NCBI GenBank assembly: GCA_023380755.1
Contig: JAMCSD010000006.1
Span: forward strand, 316,735-380,734
DNA length: 64,000 nt
Origin: Patescibacteria group bacterium
Lineage (GTDB): Bacteria > Patescibacteriota > Microgenomatia > UBA12405
Direction: 5' to 3'
How positions within the stretch are numbered: the first letter of the stretch is position 1; each line of letters starts with the position of its first letter. Below, in pieces: positions 8,363 through 16,951 of this stretch. The notes below the pieces were generated by a model that searched no databases, was not told the DNA's origin, and saw only the letters and a program-made list of their open reading frames with translations. The translations under genes and the position numbers were made by a program.

Positions 8363-9433
8363 ATGTCATTATCTATCGGTATTGTTGGCCTTCCCAACGT
8401 TGGCAAATCAACGCTTTTTAATGCCATATTGGGCAAACAGGTTGCTGATGCCAGTAATTACCCGTTTTGTACTATCGACCCCAACGTGGGGGTGGTGGAG
8501 GTCCCTGATGTCAAACTTCCCGTTTTGGCCAATATCGTCAAGACTGAAAAAATCGTCCCGGCCGCTGTCCAGTTTGTCGATATCGCCGGTCTCGTTAAGG
8601 GTGCCTCCCAGGGTGAGGGGTTAGGGAATAAATTTTTAACCAATATTCGTGATTGCGATGCTATATGTCATGTCATTCGGGCTTTTTCCGACCCCAATAT
8701 TATTAAAGAAGGCTCGGTTAATCCTCAAGGCGATTTTGAAGTCATCTGCGCTGAATTAATTATCAAGGACTTAGAGACCATCGATAAATACCTCGATAGC
8801 AGCAAAAATAATCCCAAGGAAAAAACTTCCAAAAAATTCCTTTTAGCCCAACTCCTCAAAACCGAACTGGAAAAAGGGGTTTTGGCGATTAACATTAATC
8901 TCGACGATGACCAAAAAGCTCTCCTCAGGGAATTCTTTCTCCTCACTGCTAAGCCTTATTTCCTTGTGGCCAATGTTGATGAGGACACTTATACCAATAT
9001 TCGTAACTGGAAATTAAATATTAGTCACTTTGATAAAGTCGTTCCGGTCTGTGCCAAAATTGAATTTGAACTTTCTGAACTCCCCCCGGCTGACCAGAAA
9101 AAATACCTCCAGGAACTGGGCATGGAGCACTCCGGTCTGGAACGGGTGATTCAAAAAGCTTATGAGACCCTTGGTCTGCAATCCTACTATACCGCCGGAG
9201 TCAAGGAAGCCCGGGCCTGGACGATTCACCAGGGAGACCGTGCCCCTCAGGCTGCCGGTGTCATTCACACTGATTTTGAAAGGGGATTCATTATGGCCGA
9301 TATTGTCTCCTATGAGGACTTTGTCGCTTACCATGGCTGGCTTGGTGCCAAAACTGCCGGTAAGTTACGCCAGGAAGGCAAAGATTATATTATGAAGCCC
9401 GACGATATTGTTGAATTTAAATTTAATGTTTAA
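8363..9433 (+). CDS. ychF: ribosome-binding ATPase YchF
   Basis: 356 aa. It has G1 [25 protein letters not shown] and a C-terminal YchF/TGS region (HTDFERGFI). Confidence 0.93.
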   Translation: MSLSIGIVGLPNVGKSTLFNAILGKQVADASNYPFCTIDPNVGVVEVPDVKLPVLANIVKTEKIVPAAVQFVDIAGLVKGASQGEGLGNKFLTNIRDCDAICHVIRAFSDPNIIKEGSVNPQGDFEVICAELIIKDLETIDKYLDSSKNNPKEKTSKKFLLAQLLKTELEKGVLAININLDDDQKALLREFFLLTAKPYFLVANVDEDTYTNIRNWKLNISHFDKVVPVCAKIEFELSELPPADQKKYLQELGMEHSGLERVIQKAYETLGLQSYYTAGVKEARAWTIHQGDRAPQAAGVIHTDFERGFIMADIVSYEDFVAYHGWLGAKTAGKLRQEGKDYIMKPDDIVEFKFNV

Positions 9434-9441
9434 ATTCTGTC

Positions 9442-10359
9442 ATTTCCAACAAACTTCTTATCATTTCTGGTCCCACCGCTACCGGCAAAACCGCTCTCGC
9501 CGCCGATTTTGCCCGACGTTTTAATGGTGAACTAATTTCCGCTGATTCACGCCAAATTTACTTGGGATTGAACATCGGTACCGGCAAAGATCACCCCACG
9601 GGAACGCCGATCCATCTCGTTGACCTCTTAACCCCACATCAAAGCTTTTCCGCCGCCGAATTCCGTACTCTCGCCCTCCAGCAAATCAAACGCTTATGGC
9701 GTCTCAATAAGCTTCCGATTGTCGTTGGCGGTACGGGTCAGTATGTCGATGCCATTCTCCATCCCCAAGAAACATATTCCGTCAAACCTAATCCCATTCT
9801 CCGAAAGAGTCTCAACCGTCTGCCGCTCGCCATGCTCCAAAACACTCTTCGCCTAGTTGACAGCCCCACCTATGCTGCCTTGAACAATTCTGACCTGCAC
9901 AACCCTCATCGCCTTATCCGAAAAATCGAACTCCGTCTTCACAATCTCTCTCACCCTTCCTTTCTTCCCAAAATAATTTCCCTGAAACAACCCAAATTTG
10001 ATACCCTTCATTTTGTCCTCACTGCCCCCCGGCCCTTTCTCTACCAAAGAATCGACCGGCGACTCCATCAACGGCTTGAAAGGGGATTATTAGATGAGAT
10101 TGCCGAAATCCTAAAAGATTATTCCTGGTCCGACCCGGGCCTCAATACGATCGCCTACCAGGAATTTAAGCCTTACTTTACCCACTCCGCCACATTAGAA
10201 TCTGCCCTTAAGCATTGGCAACTTGACGAGCACCACTATTGCAAGCGTCAGCTTACTTGGCTGAAACGTATAAAAAATGCAGTACTTATCGATATATCGA
10301 AGAAAGACTATAAGAAAAAGATGGGAAAGATAGCCGTAAATTGGTATAATTGTAGGTAA
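9442..10359 (+). CDS. miaA: tRNA dimethylallyltransferase; start codon uncertain
   Basis: The frame is open from 9427. The P-loop KLLIISGPTATGKT and ISADSRQIY lie upstream of the first in-frame ATG (9562). ATT at 9442 is the best candidate start, since no ATG/GTG/TTG is available. Confidence 0.8.
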   Translation: MSNKLLIISGPTATGKTALAADFARRFNGELISADSRQIYLGLNIGTGKDHPTGTPIHLVDLLTPHQSFSAAEFRTLALQQIKRLWRLNKLPIVVGGTGQYVDAILHPQETYSVKPNPILRKSLNRLPLAMLQNTLRLVDSPTYAALNNSDLHNPHRLIRKIELRLHNLSHPSFLPKIISLKQPKFDTLHFVLTAPRPFLYQRIDRRLHQRLERGLLDEIAEILKDYSWSDPGLNTIAYQEFKPYFTHSATLESALKHWQLDEHHYCKRQLTWLKRIKNAVLIDISKKDYKKKMGKIAVNWYNCR

Positions 10360-11027
10360 TGAATGAAGTTGCCCCCCCAATTTCTTTTACTAAAAAACTA
10401 CATCAATTCTTCAACCGTTATCGGTCCTATCCTTATAAAAAAGGAGAGATAATTTTACGGGCCCAAGATTCCCCTTCTGGAGTTTATTACATTGAACAAG
10501 GTTTTATCCGCGTTTATTCTTTTACCGAAGATGGTGAAGAAAACCTTCATCTTATCTATAAAGAAGGTGAGATCTTTCCTTTGGTGTGGGTTTATACTAA
10601 CAGCGATCTCCGGTTTAATTATGAGGCGATGACCGATGTTGTTTTGTGGCGGGCCAACAAGGAGGACTTTATCCGTTTTGTCGATACTACCGATTCTGTA
10701 GCGGCTGAATTGATTCGCTATATTATGCGTGGGTTCGATATTTACTCTGATCGGGTGGATAACCTTTCGCTGCGCCATTCTTATGCTCGTTTAATTTCCC
10801 GGTTGTTGTTCTTGGCCAAAAACCACGGTAAAAGTCTGGGGGATAAAATCACCTTCGAAATCCCGATTACTCAAAAAGATCTCGCTTCAGCGATTAATGC
10901 TACCCGGGAGACTGTCAACAAAAATCTTAATACCCTCAAAAAGAAGAAGCTGATCACTATCAACAAAAAATCCATAACTATCCGTCAACCAAATGAGTTA
11001 GAAAAAGAGCTGATCGAACTCTACTGA
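10359..11027 (+). CDS. Crp/Fnr-family transcriptional regulator
   Basis: 222 aa. It has an N-terminal cNMP-binding-type beta-roll (GEIILRAQD..YYIEQGFIRVY) and a C-terminal HTH (TQKDLASAINATRETVNKNLNTLKK). Confidence 0.85.
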   Translation: MNEVAPPISFTKKLHQFFNRYRSYPYKKGEIILRAQDSPSGVYYIEQGFIRVYSFTEDGEENLHLIYKEGEIFPLVWVYTNSDLRFNYEAMTDVVLWRANKEDFIRFVDTTDSVAAELIRYIMRGFDIYSDRVDNLSLRHSYARLISRLLFLAKNHGKSLGDKITFEIPITQKDLASAINATRETVNKNLNTLKKKKLITINKKSITIRQPNELEKELIELY

Positions 11028-11032
11028 ACCGT

Positions 11033-11048
11033 TGTGAAATAACTCACA
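11033..11048. promoter_or_regulatory. CRP/FNR-type operator candidate
   Basis: TGTGA-AATAAC-TCACA is a perfect TGTGA-N6-TCACA palindrome. It sits 6 nt after the Crp-family stop codon and about 95 nt upstream of the KGG micro-ORFs. Confidence 0.55.
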
Positions 11049-11142
11049 CTATTTAAGTAATAGTTTATATAGATATTCTTTTAGCTTAACGATAGACTAA
11101 TATTGCCTTATTAATTTAGAGCATGACAAGGAGGTGAAGATT

Positions 11143-11256
11143 ATGGCGACGAAAGGTAGGGGTTTTGCTTCGATGGACGAAGACAAACTCAGAGAAATTT
11201 CCCGTAAGGGTGGCAAGGCCAGCCATAGTGGCCGGGGTAGAAGTTCCCATCGGTAA
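11143..11256 (+). CDS. KGG-motif stress-protein-like micro-protein (37 aa, not in ORF track)
   Basis: The RBS is AGGAGGTGAAGATT-ATG. Translation is MATKGRGFASMDEDKLREISRKGGKASHSGRGRSSHR. The RGFASM...EISRKGG pattern recalls KGG-repeat general stress proteins. Confidence 0.6.
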   Translation: MATKGRGFASMDEDKLREISRKGGKASHSGRGRSSHR

Positions 11257-11302
11257 CGATATTCTACCCGGTTAATAGTTTAGAGGTGAGGAGGTGAAAT
11301 TT

Positions 11303-11428
11303 ATGGCTACTAGTTCCCGTGGATTTGCTTCAATGGACAAGGCTCGGCAAAGAGAAATATCCCGCAAGGGAGGGTTGAATAGTCACAAGAATGACCGCAA
11401 CCGTGCCATGGACGAAGATAACGAATAA
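11303..11428 (+). CDS. KGG-motif stress-protein-like micro-protein, paralog (41 aa, not in ORF track)
   Basis: The RBS is GAGGAGGTGAAATTT-ATG. Translation is MATSSRGFASMDKARQREISRKGGLNSHKNDRNRAMDEDNE. It shares the RGFASMD..REISRKGG core with 11143..11256. Confidence 0.6.
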   Translation: MATSSRGFASMDKARQREISRKGGLNSHKNDRNRAMDEDNE

Positions 11429-11443
11429 TTAATTCTTAGAAAC

Positions 11444-11481
11444 GCCCCCGGTATCCGCCAACTGGCGGAGGGGGCTTTTTT
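11444..11481 (+). terminator. intrinsic terminator after the KGG pair
   Basis: GCCCCC...GGGGGC stem enclosing CCGCCA/TGGCGG, followed by TTTTTT. Confidence 0.75.
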
Positions 11482-11491
11482 AAAGCAAAAA

Positions 11492-11520
11492 TTAAGGAAA
11501 GCTCCCTAATTTGATACAAT
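11492..11520 (+). promoter_or_regulatory. extended -10 promoter, leaderless configuration
   Basis: TTAAGG, a 17-nt spacer including TGa, then TACAAT (11515-11520). The in-frame ATG at 11526 lies 5 nt downstream, with no SD. Confidence 0.4.
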
Positions 11521-11525
11521 ATGCC

Positions 11526-12512
11526 ATGAGACCGGTTCGAGTGGAGATTTCTTGGAAAACAATCATCTTTACCACCTGTTTTTTTATTGGCTTGGCTCTT
11601 TTATGGCAGTTGCGCTCTCTTATCCTCACCGTCTTTGTTTGTTTTGTCTTTATGGAAGCGCTTAATCCCACCATCGTCAAGCTGGAGAGGCTGCGCTTGC
11701 CGCGGCCTTTAGCCATCTTCCTAATCTATGCCATGGTCATTATCCTCATTTCTTTTGCCGTTGCCGGTATTGTTCCTATTATCATCGAACAAACCACCTC
11801 ATTAATCACCACTTTACCCAATACCCTTAATTCCATCAATTTTTACGGCATTAAAGCCTCTGACCTTTATTCTCAATTTCGTATCTTAGACACTTTGCCG
11901 GGGGAAATAGCCAAAACCACCGTTTCCATCTTTTCCAACTTTCTTTCAGCTATCGTTCTGTTGGTGGTTACCTTTTATCTCCTTTTGGAGCGGAAAAACT
12001 TCCCGAAATACGGCCGTAAGTTGTTAGGGGAAGACCGGAACGCTATTTTTGTCTATATTATCGAACAGCTCGAAGACCGACTCGGCAGGTGGGTCAGTGC
12101 CGAAATCATTTTAATGAGCATTATTGGTCTGCTTTCTTATTTTGGATATGTGCTGCTTAACTTACGTTATGCCCTCATTTTAGCCTTATTAGCCGGTCTT
12201 TTGGAAATTATTCCTAACATTGGTCCGGTTATTACGGCTGTTCTGACCGCCATGGTCGCTCTTACTATTTCTCCGGTTACCGCCCTCTTGACTATCGGCT
12301 GGGGAATCCTTGTCCACCAACTGGAAAACAACTTTATAACCCCTAAAATCATGAAAGAAACCACCGGCATCAATCCTCTGATTACCATCCTCGCAATTAC
12401 TGCTGGTGCTCAGCTTAGCGGGATTATCGGTGCTATCTTAGCCGTCCCCGTATTCATTACTATCGAAGTCATTTTTAAGACATTAATGGAAACAAGACAG
12501 AGAGGTCGATAA
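11526..12512 (+). CDS. AI-2E family transporter (PerM/UPF0118-like permease)
   Basis: About 328 aa and polytopic. The C-terminal conserved region is GLLEIIPNIGPVI ... QLENNFITPKIM. The listed TTG start at 11511 lies inside the -10 box, so ATG 11526 is preferred. Confidence 0.75.
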   Translation: MRPVRVEISWKTIIFTTCFFIGLALLWQLRSLILTVFVCFVFMEALNPTIVKLERLRLPRPLAIFLIYAMVIILISFAVAGIVPIIIEQTTSLITTLPNTLNSINFYGIKASDLYSQFRILDTLPGEIAKTTVSIFSNFLSAIVLLVVTFYLLLERKNFPKYGRKLLGEDRNAIFVYIIEQLEDRLGRWVSAEIILMSIIGLLSYFGYVLLNLRYALILALLAGLLEIIPNIGPVITAVLTAMVALTISPVTALLTIGWGILVHQLENNFITPKIMKETTGINPLITILAITAGAQLSGIIGAILAVPVFITIEVIFKTLMETRQRGR

Positions 12513-12783
12513 GCTGGATTCTGTTTATGGGCCATCTATCTTTTCTCCTTACCTGGAGCTGCCAAAAGCTAGGTCATAACGCTCCATCTTAGGATTTCCA
12601 CGGGAAGGTTGCTCGTTTCACCCTCAGCTTGCCGTAGCTCCTTGCGGAGGCAGCTCGCTTACTCGTCTCTGTAGCAGAGCCTTAAGCTCACGCCTAACCG
12701 TACCTGTTTCGGTTCCCTGCTTTTTGTGGTCCAGACTTTCCTGTCCGAAAAATTTCGGACTAGGCCCTTCGGCCTCTCTGTTC
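12496..12783 (-). ncRNA. rnpB: RNase P RNA (bacterial, size-reduced)
   Basis: The reverse complement contains CAGGAAAGTCTGGAC (P4 5' strand), AGGGTGAAA and ACAGAATCCAGCTTA (P4 3' strand). P1 pairs CAGAGAGG (12773-12780) with CCTCTCTG (12498-12505), and the P3 hairpin is GTCCGAAATTTTTCGGAC. Ends are approximate within a few nt. Confidence 0.85.
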
Positions 12784-12787
12784 AATT

Positions 12788-12964
12788 TTACCCTAAAAGT
12801 GCCGCATCAGAAGCGGATAAGATCTTGAACATTTTGGTACCGGTTTCTGGATCGACTGCTTGAGCTGCTACCCGACCATTCTTGAGAGTGACTTTCTGGA
12901 CTTTGGAAACGTCGACTTCGACAGCCTTGCGGGCTTTGACGGAATAAAATTTAATCGTTGCCAT
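12788..12964 (-). CDS. small basic protein (58 aa, not in ORF track), resembles a zinc-ribbon mini-protein (DUF5679-like) lacking the cysteines
   Basis: The RBS is GGGGGTGAG, 6 nt upstream of the ATG. Translation is MATIKFYSVKARKAVEVDVSKVQKVTLKNGRVAAQAVDPETGTKMFKILSASDAALLG. The stop lies 5 nt from the predicted rnpB 5' end. The family call is from memory and is low confidence. Confidence 0.55.
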   Translation of the reverse strand: MATIKFYSVKARKAVEVDVSKVQKVTLKNGRVAAQAVDPETGTKMFKILSASDAALLG

Positions 12965-13191
12965 GAAATTCTCACCCCCTTGTGTGAAATAAAGAAATAA
13001 AAGTTGGATTCAAGAGGGCATAAATTACCACAATGGCAATCAGTGCCGTGAAACTTAAAAGTAGACTCTTTATTAGGTCTTGTTTTATCCATTCCACCTC
13101 ATTTACTTGCGTACTTTCCAATAGTTTTGTTTTATCAATCATAAGCTTCTCAAAGGCAGTATAGCATAATCTCTGTTACAATAAAGCTATC

Positions 13192-13542
13192 ATGAACCTG
13201 GCTGTCCTGTTATTGTTGCTTGTCAATCTTTTTTGGACACTTTATTTAACTTATCTCTTTGTCCGGAAGAAAGGTAATACCGCTAGCGTAAGCACCTCGG
13301 AAACCGCTGCCAATTTTACTAAAATTCACCTCGTCCGCTTTAACCCCTTTGAAGAACTGGGTGGCGATCAAAGTTTTATCCTGGTATTATTGGATAGCCA
13401 CTTAAGCGGAGTTATCATTACTTCACTCCACGCTAAGGAAGCGACCCGTGTCTATGCCAAACCGGTCAAAAATGGTCAGGCACAGGATGTTGTCTTATCA
13501 AAAGAGGAAAAAGTCGCCCTCGCTAAAGCCATTAAAAATTAA
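13192..13542 (+). CDS. DUF4446-like membrane protein
   Basis: 116 aa with an N-terminal TM. VRFNPFEELGGDQSFILVLLD..GVIITSLH..ATRVYAKPV matches my recollection of DUF4446. TGtTACAAT lies 9 nt upstream of the ATG. Confidence 0.6.
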   Translation: MNLAVLLLLLVNLFWTLYLTYLFVRKKGNTASVSTSETAANFTKIHLVRFNPFEELGGDQSFILVLLDSHLSGVIITSLHAKEATRVYAKPVKNGQAQDVVLSKEEKVALAKAIKN

Positions 13543-13548
13543 AGACTT

Positions 13549-14793
13549 ATGAACCTTAAATCGAAAACAATATTTATTTATTTAGGAGTTTTCCTCCTTC
13601 TTTTTGGTGCTTCTTACGCTGTCTTTTCGTTTATTTCTCCAGTTGTCAGTGAAATTGCTAATCCTAATCCCAACAATAATTCCCAAAACGCTACCCCGAC
13701 CGCTGCCGCCAAGACTGGTATTCTCACCTTTGAAGGTCCCAAGGTCGCTGCTTGTCCACTAAACGGCGAGCTGTATACCAAAGACGAGCAGAACATCTGG
13801 CAAACCCGGCGCCCACTGGTAGTCATGATTGAAAACCACAAAGATGCCCGGCCCCAATCCGGCCTTTCCAATGCCGACGTTGTTTATGAAGCCGTGGCCG
13901 AAGGCGGTATTACCCGGTTTATGGGTGTTTTCTATTGCGGGGCTGTTAAGGGCTCGACTCAAAAATACGATGTCGGCCCAGTCCGTTCTGCTCGGACTTA
14001 CTTTCTCGATTTGGCTTCCGAATATGCTGATGTACCTTTATACACCCATGTCGGCGGTGCCAACTGTAGTGCTGCCACTCCTGGCGGTCCCTGTACCACC
14101 AACAAAAAAGCTTTAGCCTTGGAGCAGATTGATCAGTATGGCTGGACTAAGAAGGGGGCTTGGGGTGATATGAACGAATTCTCCCTTTCCTACAGCATTT
14201 GCCGCCGGGAATATGAACGCACCGGCACTGTTAAAGACACTGAACATACCATGTATTGTTCCACTCCCCAGTTGTGGAATATGGCGGCTAACCGCGGCTT
14301 GACAAACATTACCACAGCCACTAATACTCCCTGGAACAAAAACTTCCGCTCTTGGGCTTTTAATGCCACTGACCAAACTGTGGCTGGCGGTCCGAGCACT
14401 ATTAGCTTTGACTTCTGGCCAGGGTACAAAGATTACTCAGTATCCTGGAAATATGATGCCGCTTCTAACTCTTATGTCCGCTCCAATGGCGGTCAGCCTC
14501 ATATTGATTTCGATACCGGCAAGCCCTTAACGACTAAGAATTTGGTTATCGAATATGCCAAGGAAACCCGTAATATCGATGAGCATATGCACAACCTTTA
14601 CGATGTGGTGGGTACCGGCAAGGGTGTCCTTTTACAAAATGGTGCTCCCGCTCAAGAGATCACCTGGTCCAAGCCCAACCGCACTGCCCGGACAATTTTC
14701 CGTGATAAAAACAACAAAGAGGTTAATTTCGTTCCTGGCCCGATTTGGATTGAAATCCTCCCCCTGGGGAATCCGGTTAATTATGAAAGCTAG
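13549..14793 (+). CDS. DUF3048-domain secreted/anchored protein (YerB-like)
   Basis: 414 aa with an N-terminal TM or signal. The core is RPLVVMIENHKDARPQSGLSNADVVYEAVAEGGITRFMGVFY. Confidence 0.7.
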   Translation: MNLKSKTIFIYLGVFLLLFGASYAVFSFISPVVSEIANPNPNNNSQNATPTAAAKTGILTFEGPKVAACPLNGELYTKDEQNIWQTRRPLVVMIENHKDARPQSGLSNADVVYEAVAEGGITRFMGVFYCGAVKGSTQKYDVGPVRSARTYFLDLASEYADVPLYTHVGGANCSAATPGGPCTTNKKALALEQIDQYGWTKKGAWGDMNEFSLSYSICRREYERTGTVKDTEHTMYCSTPQLWNMAANRGLTNITTATNTPWNKNFRSWAFNATDQTVAGGPSTISFDFWPGYKDYSVSWKYDAASNSYVRSNGGQPHIDFDTGKPLTTKNLVIEYAKETRNIDEHMHNLYDVVGTGKGVLLQNGAPAQEITWSKPNRTARTIFRDKNNKEVNFVPGPIWIEILPLGNPVNYES

Positions 14794-15379
14794 CAGCAGC
14801 TTGCGGTCCCTGATTGTTTCCGGGACACGGCTCAAAATAATTCACCAGTTGTTTTATTTTCCGAACGAAATTCGTTATGTTCGGGAATTGGTCCGTGGTA
14901 CCGGTGAGGAAATTAATTCTGTCCGCCGGGAACTTTCCAATCTCAAAGAAAGTAATGTTGTCGAATCCGAAGTCCGGGGTAACCGTCTATATTACTGGGC
15001 TAACCCCAGCAGCTCTCTTTACGATGACCTTCTCCTCTTAACCCACAAAAGCTCCGGACTGGGAGCCAAATTGGCCAATAATAAGGTTCGTTTGGGTAAG
15101 CTCAAGTATGTTCTTTACAGCCGTGACTTCATTTGTAATAACCAAAAGAAAACGGGTACCGTCGACATTATTTTTGTCGGCAATCCTACCCTTAAAGTGA
15201 TTGAAAGCCTAATCAAAGCCGAGGAAGAACGCCGTGGGCGGGAAATCAATTACATGGTCATGGACAAGCAGGAACTTATTTTACGTAAGACCCGCCGTGA
15301 TCCTTTTATTATCGACTTTTTCCTTTCCTATCCGGCTGTTATAATTGGCTCGAGCTCTAGTTTGTCGAATATTGAATAA
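14783..15379 (+). CDS. winged-helix transcriptional regulator-like protein
   Basis: The ATG at 14783 overlaps the upstream stop by 11 nt. The N-terminus RLKIIHQLFYFPNEIRYVRELVRGTGEEINSVRRELSNLKESNVV is an ArsR-like wHTH. The listed start at 14555 lies inside the previous gene. Confidence 0.6.
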   Translation: MKASSSLRSLIVSGTRLKIIHQLFYFPNEIRYVRELVRGTGEEINSVRRELSNLKESNVVESEVRGNRLYYWANPSSSLYDDLLLLTHKSSGLGAKLANNKVRLGKLKYVLYSRDFICNNQKKTGTVDIIFVGNPTLKVIESLIKAEEERRGREINYMVMDKQELILRKTRRDPFIIDFFLSYPAVIIGSSSSLSNIE

Positions 15380-15573
15380 TGTTCAAACGAAAAATTATTA
15401 AAACGGGCAACAGCTTGTGTGTCACTATCCCTTTTCGGGTAGCCTCCGATTTAGATATCAAAGAAGGGGATATCGCCTTACTCAGGGTCAATAAATCCCA
15501 CTCCCGGGTGACCTATCTTTTTCCCGGGCATCCCAAACAGTTATCACTGATCGAATCTGATAAAAAACATTAA
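15379..15573 (+). CDS. AbrB/MazE/SpoVT-family DNA-binding protein
   Basis: 64 aa. KIIKTGNSLCVTIPFRVASDLDIKEGD is a swapped-hairpin barrel motif. It overlaps the upstream gene by 1 nt (TAATG). Confidence 0.7.
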   Translation: MFKRKIIKTGNSLCVTIPFRVASDLDIKEGDIALLRVNKSHSRVTYLFPGHPKQLSLIESDKKH

Positions 15574-15576
15574 CTT

Positions 15577-16947
15577 ATGAAGCTCAGCCGTACTAAAAAA
15601 CTTTTCTGGCTCATTTTGGGCATTACCCTCTTAACCGCGGTTATCGATATGCCCAAAGTCTTACCGCTTAAATTCCGCCTCGGACCGCTTAAAATCGATC
15701 ATACTCTTTACCGGCCTGATTTTGCCATTAACTTAGGCAGTACCCAAATCAAAAAAAGTTTAGACCTCAAATATGGCTTGGATCTAGCCGGCGGCGCTCA
15801 GTTGGTTTTTGAAGCCGACACTTCCAAGCTCAAGCCCGGCGATATTCCTGATGCCTTAAATTCCCTCAAAGATAATATCGAACGCCGGGTTAATCTCTTT
15901 GGTGTGAGCGAGGCCAGTGTCCAGCTTTCCCACGAAAACAATTCCAACCGTTTAATTGTGGAGCTTCCGGGCGTAGCCAATGTCAACGATGCCATTGCTC
16001 TCATCGGCCAAACCGCCAAACTGGATTTCAAAGGTGAAGTTAATCTTCCCAAAGAGGCCACGGCATCGGCCACTATCTACGATCTTTTTGCTAAAGACTA
16101 TGGCTTAACTGGGGGTAACCTCGTCAAAGCCGCCGTCACCTATGATCCCAACACCTCCCAGCCGGAAGTTTCTTTGGAATTCAATGCTGATGGTGCCAAG
16201 AAATTCGCTACCGCCACCAAAGATATGTTAGGGAAAAGGATTGCTATTTTCTTGGACGACCAGCTTATTTCCTATCCCACGGTCAATTCCGAAATCCCCG
16301 ACGGCAAAGCCGTCATTCAGGGTAACTTTGATGTCAAGACTGCCAAAGCTTTAGCCGCCCAGTTGAACGCTGGCGCTCTCCCGGTGCCGATTAAAATGAT
16401 TCAGCAGACTCAAGTTGGTGCTACGCTGGGCAAGGATTCCATTACCAAAGGAGTTACCGCTGGCCTAGTTGGCCTGACTATAGTTGCCGTTTTTATGGTT
16501 GCTAATTACGGGATTTTAGGCCTTATTGCCGATCTTGGTTTATTAATTTATGGACTTATCACCCTGGCGCTTTATAAACTTATCCCGGTAACCCTTACCT
16601 TTCCCGGCATCGTTGGCTTTATCCTTTCTATCGGTATGGCCGTTGACGGCAATATTCTGATTTTTGAACGCTTTAAAGAAGAAATTCACCGCGGCCGGCC
16701 TTGGATTCAGGCTATGGAGCTGGGCTTTACCCGTGCCTGGAATTCCATTCGTGATGCTAACGGTTGCACCATCATCACTGGTCTTATTCTCTTTAATCCC
16801 TTTAACTGGTCGTTTTTAAATTCTTCGGGTCTAGTCCGCGGTTTTGCCATCACCCTTATTTTGGGCATTCTCATTGGTCTATTTACTTCGATAGTCGTCA
16901 CCCGCACCTTCCTGCGCTTATTTATTGCTAATCGGAAAGCCCAATAA
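15577..16947 (+). CDS. secD: protein translocase subunit SecD
   Basis: 456 aa. It has GLDLAGG, a periplasmic-type domain (LNAGALPVPI) and a six-TM C-terminal half. Confidence 0.92.
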   Translation: MKLSRTKKLFWLILGITLLTAVIDMPKVLPLKFRLGPLKIDHTLYRPDFAINLGSTQIKKSLDLKYGLDLAGGAQLVFEADTSKLKPGDIPDALNSLKDNIERRVNLFGVSEASVQLSHENNSNRLIVELPGVANVNDAIALIGQTAKLDFKGEVNLPKEATASATIYDLFAKDYGLTGGNLVKAAVTYDPNTSQPEVSLEFNADGAKKFATATKDMLGKRIAIFLDDQLISYPTVNSEIPDGKAVIQGNFDVKTAKALAAQLNAGALPVPIKMIQQTQVGATLGKDSITKGVTAGLVGLTIVAVFMVANYGILGLIADLGLLIYGLITLALYKLIPVTLTFPGIVGFILSIGMAVDGNILIFERFKEEIHRGRPWIQAMELGFTRAWNSIRDANGCTIITGLILFNPFNWSFLNSSGLVRGFAITLILGILIGLFTSIVVTRTFLRLFIANRKAQ

Positions 16948-16951
16948 TTGT

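Noticed and set aside
7939-8436. 165-aa minus-strand ORF spanning the hup-ychF gap
   Set aside because: It overlaps the hup 3' end, the hup terminator and the ychF start, and has no RBS. The plus strand offers a better-supported micro-ORF (8224..8343).
12868-13092. 74-aa minus-strand ORF
   Set aside because: It is in a different frame from the 58-aa ORF (12788..12964), which has a proper RBS and a protein-like sequence. The listed ORF starts in promoter-like AT-rich DNA without an RBS.
14555-14782. N-terminal 76-aa extension of the winged-helix protein ORF
   Set aside because: The extension lies fully inside the DUF3048 gene in another frame. The ATG at 14783 gives a normal wHTH N-terminus.
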